A DNA stretch of 64,000 bases. It comes from Tubulanus polymorphus. Lineage: Eukaryota > Animalia > Nemertea. The notes below the pieces were generated by a model. That model was not told where the DNA came from and ran no database searches. It saw only the letters and a list, made by a program, of their open reading frames with translations. The position numbers and the translations under genes are program-made. Below, one piece after another: positions 39,256 through 64,000 of this stretch. The DNA lies in NCBI RefSeq assembly GCF_964204645.1, contig NC_134033.1:14950655-15014654 (forward strand), in the 5' to 3' direction. Every line of letters starts with the position of its first letter. The first letter of the stretch is position 1.

Positions 39256-40310
39256 ATGAACCCTATGGGAGGTTTCCTTTGATCTTGATTTTCCACGTGT
39301 GGTAATTAAATGTCTACGGGAATGTGTTATAAAACCGTAATTCATGCATAGCGGATGCGGACCGCCTGCATTCATTGTTCCTCAGTTGGTGTAGTAACGA
39401 ATATTAGTTCCAATTGTGCTGGGTTCAATTTCACGAAAAAGTTTTTTTTCATTTAGTTGCTTCACGTTTTCTCAACGAGGTCGACAAATTCAAAAACGAC
39501 CGTTTTTAAGCGGAAACTTTTTCGCGAAACTGAACGCGGTTTTTCGATGTTGAGAATTAATTTTAAGTTGATAATTTCGATGTTTGTAGCAGCAGCAGCA
39601 GCAGCACGCACGCGGAGCCAGATTATTTCTGTATTATAATTATCGCGGCTAGGATTGATTGAAGAAATAAATTCGGTCCATTTTCTATGTTGTCAGATGT
39701 ATGTACGTATGCGTGTATGAATTCGGGGGGGTTAGTCAACGATGACTCCCGCACAATTATTCTGTTATGGAAAATATATAAATAAAATAAAGATGAATGC
39801 TTCTTTTTAAAACGGTGTTTTACTTCTGTTTATTGTTTATCTTGCTTTGCGTCATTGGAATCTTGGCAAGTTTTGCAACAAGTCTACTGTTTTACTATAT
39901 ATGCGGACACATCCTACATAGTGCACCAAACCATCTCGCTGTATTATGGAAGAAAATCTTGAATTCTTTAAAAAAATCTTTTATATTTATTAAGGGGTCA
40001 TAACCATAAGCTACGTCTACATTAGCTCATTGCATCCGTCTTACAGACAATGGATGTGGGTTCGACTTAAACCTGCATTCACAGCGTCAACACTTGCTGC
40101 GGCTTCGGTAGAATGAATACAAGCAAAAAAGCTGTTTCGCGCAAACACAGGGTACACTCTTCTTGTTCGAGGTTTTCTAAAGTTTTATACATGATAAGTG
40201 TTTCTAGTGTCGTGTAGAATTGCTAAACCCTGGGTCTAAAAACCAAGTGTAGACTTACGTGTTTATTTACGTGCACTTGTCAGGCTCAAGAAAATCCACA
40301 TTTGATATTA

Positions 40311-40628
40311 CAGGGTTCCTACAAATCAGTCGAGAATTCAAGGACTTTTCAAGAAGAAAATTTCGAGGAGTGTATGCATCACTTTCATATCTCGACTACT
40401 GTTGACACCTCCTAAATCGGTACTGTTTTACTCAGTAAACCATTTAATCAGGTGGAATCTGTGTATATAATAACTAGGCCTTGAGCCAAAAAATTGCCAA
40501 TTTCTCAAAATTCAAGGAGTTTCCAAGCACTTTTGGGCATTTTGCTCAAATTCAAGGATATTCAAGGACCTTGAAAAACATTTTTGGTTTAGAAGGAGTT
40601 TTCAAGGAATCAAGATGTAGGGACCCTG
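40311..40628. mobile_element. Non-autonomous TIR element CAGGGT(T/C)CCTAC, 5-bp TSD
   Basis: Flanked by TATTA on both sides. Related copies near 2802, 16785-17287, 43195-43578, 53480, 55030, 56475 and 61696-61868. Confidence 0.7.
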
Positions 40629-40962
40629 TATTACAACCAATTTAGTGTATATACTATGTCAACTCATTGGTCGTCATTTCTAATACCGCCTTCACTGATA
40701 CGGTCCTGTGGCTGGAGTTAAACAATGTTTGACTGTATAAAGAATTCAGTTGAAAATGAACCGCAAACCGGGGAGAAGGGAACAAATCCAGAACGATTCC
40801 TTTAAATGCGATCCGCCTCTAAGGACAGAAAGAGCCATTGAACGAAACTGACCTATGTCCTCTCAAGTCAAGTGGAATAAGGAGAGAAATTAATTCATCA
40901 ACTCGCTATTAATTCCTTCTGTACAATGACAATTTATTTATTTCCGCTTTGTTTGTCATAAA

Positions 40963-43900
40963 TTATTCTTTATCGGATTTCTTTTCAACTTCTTTCTTGC
41001 TTCCTCTTAATCTACCAGTACGTCTGGCAGCGATCAGACCGACCTGAAAATAAACCGAGTAACATTCAGTATACACTCTACAATATCAGACACAGAGGGT
41101 CGATGGGGAGTTGGTCAATGCCCAGTGCTTGACAACATGGTTAAAATTCAGTTCAAAGTGAAGAACTTTTATTTTTATCTCAACGCTCAGTGCCCAGTGC
41201 TTGACAACATGGTTAAAATTCAGTTCAAAGTGAAGAACTTTTATTTCCTCATCGCGTTGGAATTTTAAGGTTTACTTTAAGCTTCAGGAAAATTTTCTTT
41301 ATAAATGTTGATATTTCGAAACGCTCAGTGCCCAGTGCTTGACAACATGGTTGAGTTCAGTTCAAAGTGAAGAACTTTTATTTCCTCATCGCGTTTAGTA
41401 AGTAGTACGTAGGTCTGTGTTAGAGCAATTATAAATTTTTCTTGACGGTTTTTGATATTTCGAAACGCTCAGTGCCCAGTGCTTGACAACATGGTTAAAA
41501 TTCAGTTCAAAGTGAAGAACTTTTATTTCCTCATCGCGTTCTCAAATCTGGGATCCGAAATTCCCATAAGAATAAGATGTCTTTGCAAATAAAGCCAGCT
41601 GCTATCATTAACTGATTTCTCGAATTGAAAATTAATATTTGTTGCTCAGAAACAGCCTCTAAATGTTCCACACGGGAGTTTTTTTCAGAGATAATGATAA
41701 GAAATCATCACGGCAACAAGATATCAACGTTCGAAGAATTCAAAACAATACGCTTACCTTTCGTCCGTGTGATGTATCTCTTCGGACGGTCGAAGCGTGA
41801 CCAATATGTTGATGGTTACCACCACCGTGAGGATGCTCAACGGGCTGAAAAATAACAACAAACACAACGTGGATTACAACGAAATAAATTGCAGTTAGAA
41901 AACTAAACATGTTTCTGAAAATCCTGATTTAAGTTAATAGATATTTCAGCGCACAGTTGTTGACAACATGGTTGAAATTTAGTTCAAAGTGAAGAACTTT
42001 AATATCCTCATCGCGTTGAAATTCTAACATTTAAAATTTAAATTATCTATATATTTCTTAATCATAAACGCTCAGTGCCCAGTGCTTGACAACATGGTTG
42101 AGTTCAGTTCAAAGTGAAGAACTTTTATTTCCTCATCGCGTTTGTTAAATGTAAGTAGGTCTTAAGAAGTATAGTTCAAAATTCTTTTTAAAGGGTTTTG
42201 ATATTTTGAAACGCTCAGTGCCCAGTGCTTGACAACATGGTTAAAATTCAGTTCAAAGTGAAGAACTTTTATTTCCTCATCGCGTTGAAATTTTAAGGTT
42301 AACTTAAGCTTCATGATAATTTTCTTTATGAATTTTGATATTTCGAAACGCTCAGTGCCCAGTGCTTGACAACATGGTTGAGTTCAGTTCAAAGTGAAGA
42401 ACTTTTATTTCCTCATCGCGTTTGTTAAATGTAAGTAGGTCTTAAGAAGTATAGTTCAAAATTTTTTTTAAAGGGTTTTGATATTTTGAAACGCTCAGTG
42501 CCCAGTGCTTGACAACATGGTTAAAATTCAGTTCAAAGTGAAGAACTTGTATTTCCTCATCGCGTTCTCAAATCAGTTTTAAAATGAAAGAATAAAACTT
42601 CGCAGCTTTTAAAAAACATGAGAATAATAATTGAATGTTGCTCAGAAACAGCCTCTAAATGTTCTACACGAATATTTCAGAGAAAAGTGAATAGAAAACA
42701 TCAGCGCAACTTGAAAATCTAATCTTAAAATTATCTAGAAAATAAATTTGTCCTCAGGAAAAAATTAGAGTGAGAATTTACTAATCACGAGATATCAGTG
42801 ATTGATATTTCATCATAGGACACAAAAAAAAATGTTTATAACAAACTACAAAATATCGTCGAACTTCTAATAATTTATATCAAAATTAGTCCTCAGGAAA
42901 AAATTAGAGTGAATATTTTCATAATCATAAATGATCATACATTAAGTTTTTTCATCATAGGACTGTTGATAAAAGGAGCGTGACAAGACGGGTTGGTTTA
43001 GCGGCAGGGTTACTTACGTTCATAGCAACACCACGAACTTTAGGCCAACAGTTTCTCTTGGCCTTGTATTTGTGATAAGCACGACCGGCTTTCAACATAG
43101 GTTTATCGATACGTCCTCCTCCGGCAACAATTCCTGTCAAAACAAAAATACGATTAAAAACTTTTTCGAAACAGTCATCTCCACATTATTTGAACACGGT
43201 ACCTACAGATCCGTGATTCCTGGATACAAAAGTTCAAGAATTATCAAATTATCCCAATTACTGTAGACACCTCCAATATCGATACTGACAATCTCAGTAA
43301 AAGATGGTTTTATAAGCAAATATTTAAACTTGACTACCCCCTACCTAAAATCAGTTTCTATTTGAGTAACCTCCTATTAGGGCAAAAACTGTACCGATTT
43401 AGGCATAGTTTACTGTACAGCTTCAAACTAGACAAAAATTTCTGATTTCCAATTCCTCAAAATTGAAATTGAAGGCGTTTCCAAGGAGCATTATCCCCTA
43501 ATCGGAAGAGTTTTAACCACCTTCAAAGCACTTTCCAATTAGGAGTCATTACAGAATCAAGAAGTCGTAGGAACCCTGTAACAATGTTCATTACTAAGAA
43601 TACAGATCAGTTAAGCTGTGATGTAATACTAACCGACCATGGCTCTGTTAGCAGACGGAATTACACGTTTACTTCCCGACGGAAGTTTCACTCGCGATCG
43701 CTTCGTATCGGGATTGTGAGAGATGACGGTGGCGTAGTTTCCCGACGCTCTCGCCAGACGACCTCGGTCACCGGTCTTCTCTTCTAAACAGCAGACGATC
43801 GTACCCTCGGGCATCGCTCCGACGGGGAGGATATTACCGATCTGTAATACAGCTGAAATACAATCAATCTAAACGCGTTAATTTCCAGCGAGACAACAGT

Positions 43901-44673
43901 CATTTCAGTTTGGTCGGAGGCACTTCAATCATTTCTACCTTTTAATACCAGGGTTACTAAGGTTAGACGTACAACTGACCACCATATTTGTCGGATCCTC
44001 AATTATTCAATCAATTTGAAGGAATCCTATTGTCCCTGGTATCTCCCTAACCCCTGACCTAATTTATAAGATATCCTCAGTGGGTGCTATTTGTTAAATC
44101 AAGAAGTTCCGTGTGCCGCTCAACACACCAATGAACATCAGACAAAACATTAAAATTCCCTGATTTAAATGAAGCCGGAATTTGTGATTTTTCTTTCCAC
44201 CGGAAAAACTAAAACTGGAATTTCTGGATCCGAGACCCAAGAGTTTAGACTTCGTGTCAATGTCACGCTTGTGTTATTAAGGGTTGGGGGTTAGGCATTT
44301 TAAACAATCCCTAACCATCTAAAATCAATAAACATTTCAAAACATTGTCAATGACTCTGAAAAATAAATCAAGAATGGTGAACGTGAACTGACCTTTCTT
44401 TCCACAGTAAACAAACTGCCCGGTGTACATGCCCTCGGCCGCCAAAAAAGTCTCGGTTCTCATTCTATACTTGTACGGATCACGGAATCGAACCCTACAC
44501 AACGGAGCGCCACGTCCGGGATCGTGAAGGATCTCTTTCACGACGCCCTTGATGTAACCATTCCTCTCGGCGTAGTCGACCGGTCTCAGTTTAGCGGCGC
44601 CTTTGCGGTTTTTCGTATGCGAGCGGAAAACGCTGCCAGCACCTTTACGCTGACTTCTAATAACACGTCCCAT
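40963..44673 (-). CDS. RPL8: 60S ribosomal protein L8 (uL2)
   Basis: Coding exons 44673-44394, 43852-43634, 43133-43018, 41844-41758, 41043-40963 (783 nt, 260 aa). [51 protein letters not shown] near 40933-40938. Confidence 0.97.
41118..41175 (-). pseudogene. Truncated copy of the dual-guide snoRNA
   Basis: Both guides are retained, but the C box, D box and terminal stem are lost. Confidence 0.7.
41183..41539 (-). ncRNA. Three intact tandem box C/D snoRNAs (dual guide, SNORD88/snR76 + SNORD37 type) at 41183-41257, 41321-41394, 41465-41539
   Basis: Sense strand: ACGC stem, C box ATGAGGA, TTCTTCACTTTGA-A-CTGA (D'), AGCACTGGGCA-CTGA (D), GCGT stem. Guides are complementary to the conserved 28S stretch UGCCCAGUGCUCUGAAUGUCAAAGUGAAGAA. 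Confidence 0.9.
41641..41717 (-). ncRNA. SNORD95: Box C/D snoRNA, SNORD95 homologue
   Basis: GTTGC/GCAAC stem, C box GTGATGA, D' CTGA, 3' end AGAGGCTGTTT-CTGA-GC as recalled for human SNORD95. Complementary to 28S GAACAGCCUCU. Confidence 0.85.
41946..42016 (-). pseudogene. Diverged copy of the dual-guide snoRNA
   Basis: C box and SNORD37-type guide are retained. D' is mutated to CTAA, the SNORD88-type guide is mutated and the 3' stem is lost. Confidence 0.65.
42068..42565 (-). ncRNA. Four intact tandem dual-guide box C/D snoRNAs at 42068-42141, 42211-42285, 42348-42421, 42491-42565
   Basis: Near-identical to the 41183-41539 copies, with all boxes, guides and stems intact, separated by 60-70 nt AT-rich spacers. 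Confidence 0.9.
42637..42710 (-). ncRNA. SNORD95: Second SNORD95-type snoRNA
   Basis: GTTGC/GCAAC stem, degenerate C box CTGATGT, and the same D guide AGAGGCTGTTT-CTGA. Confidence 0.75.
42749..42822 (-). ncRNA. Box C/D snoRNA with 18S rRNA guide (copy 1)
   Basis: TGTCC/GGACA stem, C ATGATGA, D' CTGA, C' GTGATTA, guide CACTCTAATTTTTTC then D CTGA. 15-nt complement to 18S GAAAAAAUUAGAGUG. Confidence 0.85.
42888..42964 (-). ncRNA. Box C/D snoRNA with 18S rRNA guide (copy 2)
   Basis: AGTCC/GGACT stem, C ATGATGA, same guide and D box as copy 1, with a divergent interior. Confidence 0.85.
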
Positions 44674-44930
44674 TGTCTGGCTGTAAAATATAATTCATAA
44701 AAGCACATGTCATCCTTGTATCATACACGATGTGTAAACCCGGAACCTTTTTGACGGTCAACGTTCGAGGTCAATTTCTAACCGTAAAAAGTATAATTAG
44801 CCACGAAATATTCACATAAAACCATTAATAAATTTGTTAACTATAATAATAATCGGCGATTAATAAACGATGTTAGTTCTAATTACTCTAATTTAGCGGA
44901 TTTTATCGATGTATCGTTCTGAAGCCATAC

Positions 44931-44962
44931 CTGTGATAGTAGCCGACGTTTGGTAAAGGAAG
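44931..44962 (-). promoter_or_regulatory. RPL8 non-coding first exon with 5'TOP/TCT-type initiator
   Basis: Minus strand reads CTTCCTTT followed by a short exon ending CAG|GTATGG. This is typical of ribosomal protein genes. Confidence 0.7.
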
Positions 44963-45550
44963 TAACTGAGATGTCGTAAAACTGATCAGAATTATCAAAA
45001 CTCGCGAAGCGCATTTAATTTTCGAATGAACACAAACTGACGATATCTTATGAATATCTAAAGATTTATTTCGTTAATTTTTTTGCAAAATATACAAAAA
45101 TGTTTTTTAAAATTATTTTCTAGCCTCCTCAATCGCTAGGGACCGGTAAGTATTTTAAAACCCGTGGAACACGTGGGCACTACCAAAACCTCAAACCAAA
45201 AAACCGAACTACATTTAATGTGTACACCTATGATTTTTGAAATTGCTCGGTCCTGAAGAAATGTAAACCTTCGATTCAAAACCTTTGGTAAATGTTCTCG
45301 AATTTTGAGAGATCGGTGCGAGAGGGTTAGTATATGACAGACCGCTCCCTAGCTCTAGGTCGATACGGTTCAAGCGTCTTAATTCTCAATACATTTCACT
45401 CTTCTACTTCTCGCGTATTTTCTCGCCCGTTTTGGGCCCAATCTTGAACGTTATGTACCCCGATACTAAAATATTGTCATCAGAATAAACAATAAATAAA
45501 TTTGAATTTTGATAACGGTGAGCGAACGAACCGCTCCCCTCGGTGCGCCG

Positions 45551-45631
45551 GTCACGTGTTACGGGTTGATGAAACACGGAACGCTCCCGCGGCTGGTAGG
45601 CGGTCACGTGGTTAGTGCGAGGGTATATATA
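45551..45631 (+). promoter_or_regulatory. DDX3 proximal promoter: two GTCACGTG E-boxes and a TATA-like box
   Basis: CACGTG at 45553-45558 and 45605-45610, TATATATA at 45624-45631, about 80 nt upstream of the ATG. A third CACGTG lies at 45170-45175, nearer RPL8. Confidence 0.55.
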
Positions 45632-45712
45632 CCGGGCGGCGAGTCTTTGTAAATCGGTCGCATTTTTCCACGAACTACAGAATAAATAAGTCCTCTTCAA
45701 TATATTGTAATT

Positions 45713-60726
<15,014 letters not shown>

Positions 60727-62674
60727 TTCGCGCGCCGCGGTATAGATGGCGTGTGGTGTATGTATATAGTCGATACAACCACATAAGTCGAGACAGCAGA
60801 CTGGTTTCCTGAACAAAGGCAAGTTACAATATATTGGACTGGTTAGAAACATGAACAATGGCAGTAGAATTTTCAGTTCATGTTTTGATGACTAAGAGAA
60901 AAAGAAGTTCGGTTTTTTTTTTTCGTATCCTAACAGCGGGGGTCAGATCTGTGCCGAAAAATGGATGATGTCTTCTTGGTAAAAAATTGTGAAACAAATG
61001 TGAAATATATTTGAAAAATCTGTGAAAAAATGAGTGAAAATTCGAGAAAAGTGTTTTTTCGAAGTATTTTTACCCCTTTTTTTTTTTTTTTGAACGGCGT
61101 ATACCGTGGAGTTCTGAATGAATGCACAAGCTTGTGTTAAGTTTGAAATGGAATTTTTATTTTTTAATCCTACCTGGATGTGAAGAATCTGTGGAAAAAT
61201 TATGTGAAAACTCTCGGTATTTCGTAAGTGCTGATTTTGAACGTGTCATCGATCTGATCCCCGCGAGTTAAATTATTATTATCTCACGAACTGCCTTCGT
61301 TATCGAATTATCTTAAATTCATATCACAGTTAACACACGAGAATATAAACGTATTTGTGTTTAAACAAGCGACTTAACCAAAAAAAAGATTTACGAGAGA
61401 CAAAAAAAGGCTCTCGAAGAAAAACTAAAAAGTTCTGTGGAAAAATGCTAAGTTAACATCTGAGGCGACCGTGACCCGGGTTCGTTATATCCGAGTCAAT
61501 CTCGTGAAGTAGAATATAAGTTAAAACTATTGATAAATTAATTATCGAATCAATGACGTTTATTCGTTAATATGGAGAAGATTACGAATAGTTGGAATTG
61601 TGCGTGTAAAAAAGTATTACAAGTAAAAAGTTGTTTTTTTTTGTTGATTTTTTTTTTCCTTACGAGTTTGGCAACGATTCTCTGGACTAATGAACGGGGT
61701 TCCTACGGCTCCGCGATTTCTTAAAAACTCCTTCTACACTGAATATGCTTTTAAAGGAGCTTTTAAATCTACTTTAATATGGAACGAAATGCCTCGAAAT
61801 CTGGTTTAGAACTCCTTCAATCTTGAGAAGGCGACAATTCGTAATTTTGGAAATCTGTAGGGACCCTGATGGATGAAGTTTGCCCTGAGTTTATTAAATA
61901 GAGAGAGAGATACAGGTTTGTTGGGTATATATATATATGTTGACTTTAGTACTCTCTACAGAATTACCGCCTTGGGCTCCGCTGAGAGAAGAATTTTAAT
62001 TTTCAAATCATCCGGCGCGTACGTCGCGCGCGTTACTTTCTTAATTTCGGAAACAATCGATTTCTTTAAAGAAAATTCTTGATCTGTATAGATATATATA
62101 TCGAAAAATAAATGAGTAATTGCGTTTGTGTATGGATCGGGGTATCCCCGGGGGCCTCCGCCGCCTGCGTGCGTGCGAGGTCCTCGCACCAGTCTAAAGG
62201 TCACTCTATTTTTCAGTGAACCAGTCTAAATTTTTTCGATGTTGTACGTATTTAACTTTGTATCTCTATCTATTCATAAGCGAAAAACGAATATTCTATT
62301 GTAAACTACTTTTATCTTTTAGTTCGTGATGTAACAGGGGTAAACAGCCAATAGCGCGACACAGGTTTAAAACGAGAAAAAATGATCATTTCCCCAAAAT
62401 AAATTTCATTGTCAGTTCAGTTTTGTTTTTGTCGTTGTCGGCAGTGCGTGGCACTACGGCCGCGTGCTAGGAACAAACTGTGCCGGAAATAACAATTGTG
62501 CCAGAAATAACGATTGAAATATGAAATGTTTTAGATTTTATAATAATAAAACTTGCAGAATGTTTTAAAAACTATGGAACATTCCTCCACTAAGAAACTG
62601 ATCCTTTGATGATTTCAAGGGCTGAGTCGCTTATCTCGGGCCTCACATTGTGTCCGATGATCTCTTGCTAAGTT

Positions 62675-62945
62675 CAGAGGCTGAATCATGACCTCTGATG
62701 ACCATAGGGGCTGAACCCTAACCTCTGATGACCTCATGGGCTGAATTGTGACCTCTGATGACCTCAGGGGCTGAATTGTGACCTCTGATGACCTCAGGGG
62801 CTGAATTGTAACCTCTGATGACCTTAGAGGCTGAACTGTGACCTCTGATGACGGCAGGGGCTGAATTGTGACCTCTGATGACCTCAGGGGCTGAACTGTG
62901 ACCGCAGGGGCTGAACTGTGACCTCTGATGACCTCAGGGGCTGAC
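62675..62945. repeat. 30-bp minisatellite
   Basis: Unit ACCTCTGATGACCTCAGGGGCTGAATTGTG. Confidence 0.9.
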
Positions 62946-63723
62946 TGACGATGCCTCTGCCTCGTGAATAACTCATGAAGCTAAGCTGAACAAATTTTTC
63001 TATAACATTGAGCGAGAGAATGTAGTTGTTTTAGTCGGGGGCGAATGTGAGCGAAATAGTGATATTTGAAAATTCCTCCTTCGGAAGGGAAAACTTTTGT
63101 ACGAAAAAAAAAACATTTCATTTCATGTTTAACAATTGTAGCGAATATTTCTGTACAGTGTTTAAAAGAATTCAAGTCATTCTCGAAAACTTTCTCATCT
63201 TCATTTTTCAACTGCCAAATTAATTTATATATATATATATATTGGAACCTAGTGCGTCGTGTTGATTTCATTTCGGAATCAAAATTCAAATTCATCTTAC
63301 GAAAAACTTCCTATGTGGAGTTATATATATATATATATATTATGTACTACGTACATCTGAGGGGGTGGTATATGATTTGGTGGTAGCTCCCCCTATTGTC
63401 GTGTTTACGCGATACTACTACGAACGTACGTAGATTTTGGGGATTGATTTTCGGTGGGCCTCGGCTACTAGAGGAGACTATGGCTGTTTCCCCTGACATT
63501 TTGAAACCACACCGGTTGCTGTGGTGTGTCATCTCTTTCGAGCTGACGGAGAGCGAGTACGGCCTGTTGTATCGCGCGTGGTACCGGTGGCTCCCCCTAT
63601 CGGTGCCGTGTACGACCGGACGTTCGGACTCTCGTTCAGTTCGTCGAAGTAGTAATTATTATTAATTATCCGTAGTGTGTGTGTCAATTAATGTTTGGGA
63701 TTTAACGTGTCTGAACAATAAGT

Positions 63724-64000
63724 CGGCAGTCGAAACAATACTGTATTCTACGGCAGTCGAAACGATGCTGTATTCTACGACGGTCGAAACGATACTGTAT
63801 TCTACGGCGGTCGAAACGATACTGTATTGAACGGCGGTCGAAACGATACTGTATTCTACGGCAGTCGAAACGATACTGTATTCTACGGCGGTCGAAACGA
63901 TACTGTATTCTACGACGGTCGAAACGATACTGTATTCTACGGCGGTCGAAACGATACTGTATTGAACGGCGGTCGAAACGATACTGTATTCTACGGCGGT
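63724..64000. repeat. 27-bp minisatellite (runs off the right edge)
   Basis: Unit CGGCGGTCGAAACGATACTGTATTCTA. Confidence 0.92.

Noticed and set aside
41118-42565. CRISPR-like pattern of conserved repeats separated by variable spacers
   Set aside because: Eukaryotic intron with no cas genes. The 75-nt repeats are explained as C/D snoRNAs and the spacers are themselves duplicated.
44703-44790. Possible H/ACA snoRNA in RPL8 intron 1 (two hairpins and an ACA)
   Set aside because: No valid ANANNA H box, hairpins are short and no target was identified. Worth a snoGPS/Infernal run but not supportable by eye.
62675-62945. Tandem CTGATGA suggesting hammerhead ribozymes or C boxes
   Set aside because: No GAAA core after stem II and no stem III/cleavage triplet. 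The 30-bp unit is too short for a snoRNA.

Overview
Intron-rich animal (invertebrate-like; species cannot be assigned from sequence alone) genomic DNA containing six housekeeping genes in three consecutive head-to-head pairs: tetraspanin TSPAN6/7-like (-, runs off the left edge) / NAA35 (+, intronless CDS); FMR1/FXR (-) / CUL3 (+, with an AT-AC U12-type intron); RPL8 (-) / DDX3-PL10 (+). Exons were traced by hand from splice signals and recalled family sequences. The most striking feature is not in the ORF track: polycistronic intronic box C/D snoRNA arrays. Two adjacent RPL8 introns hold 13 snoRNA units from three families: a tandemly amplified dual-guide SNORD88+SNORD37-type RNA, a SNORD95 homologue, and an 18S-directed guide with no human or yeast counterpart that I recall. 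DDX3 introns hold four more guides that point to the yeast snR65 (Um2347) site. Introns are otherwise filled with minisatellites (two of which multiply splice sites) and several MITE families with visible target-site duplications. Most short or repetitive ORFs in the supplied track are artefacts. rRNA target assignments rely on recalled conserved rRNA sequence and need computational confirmation.
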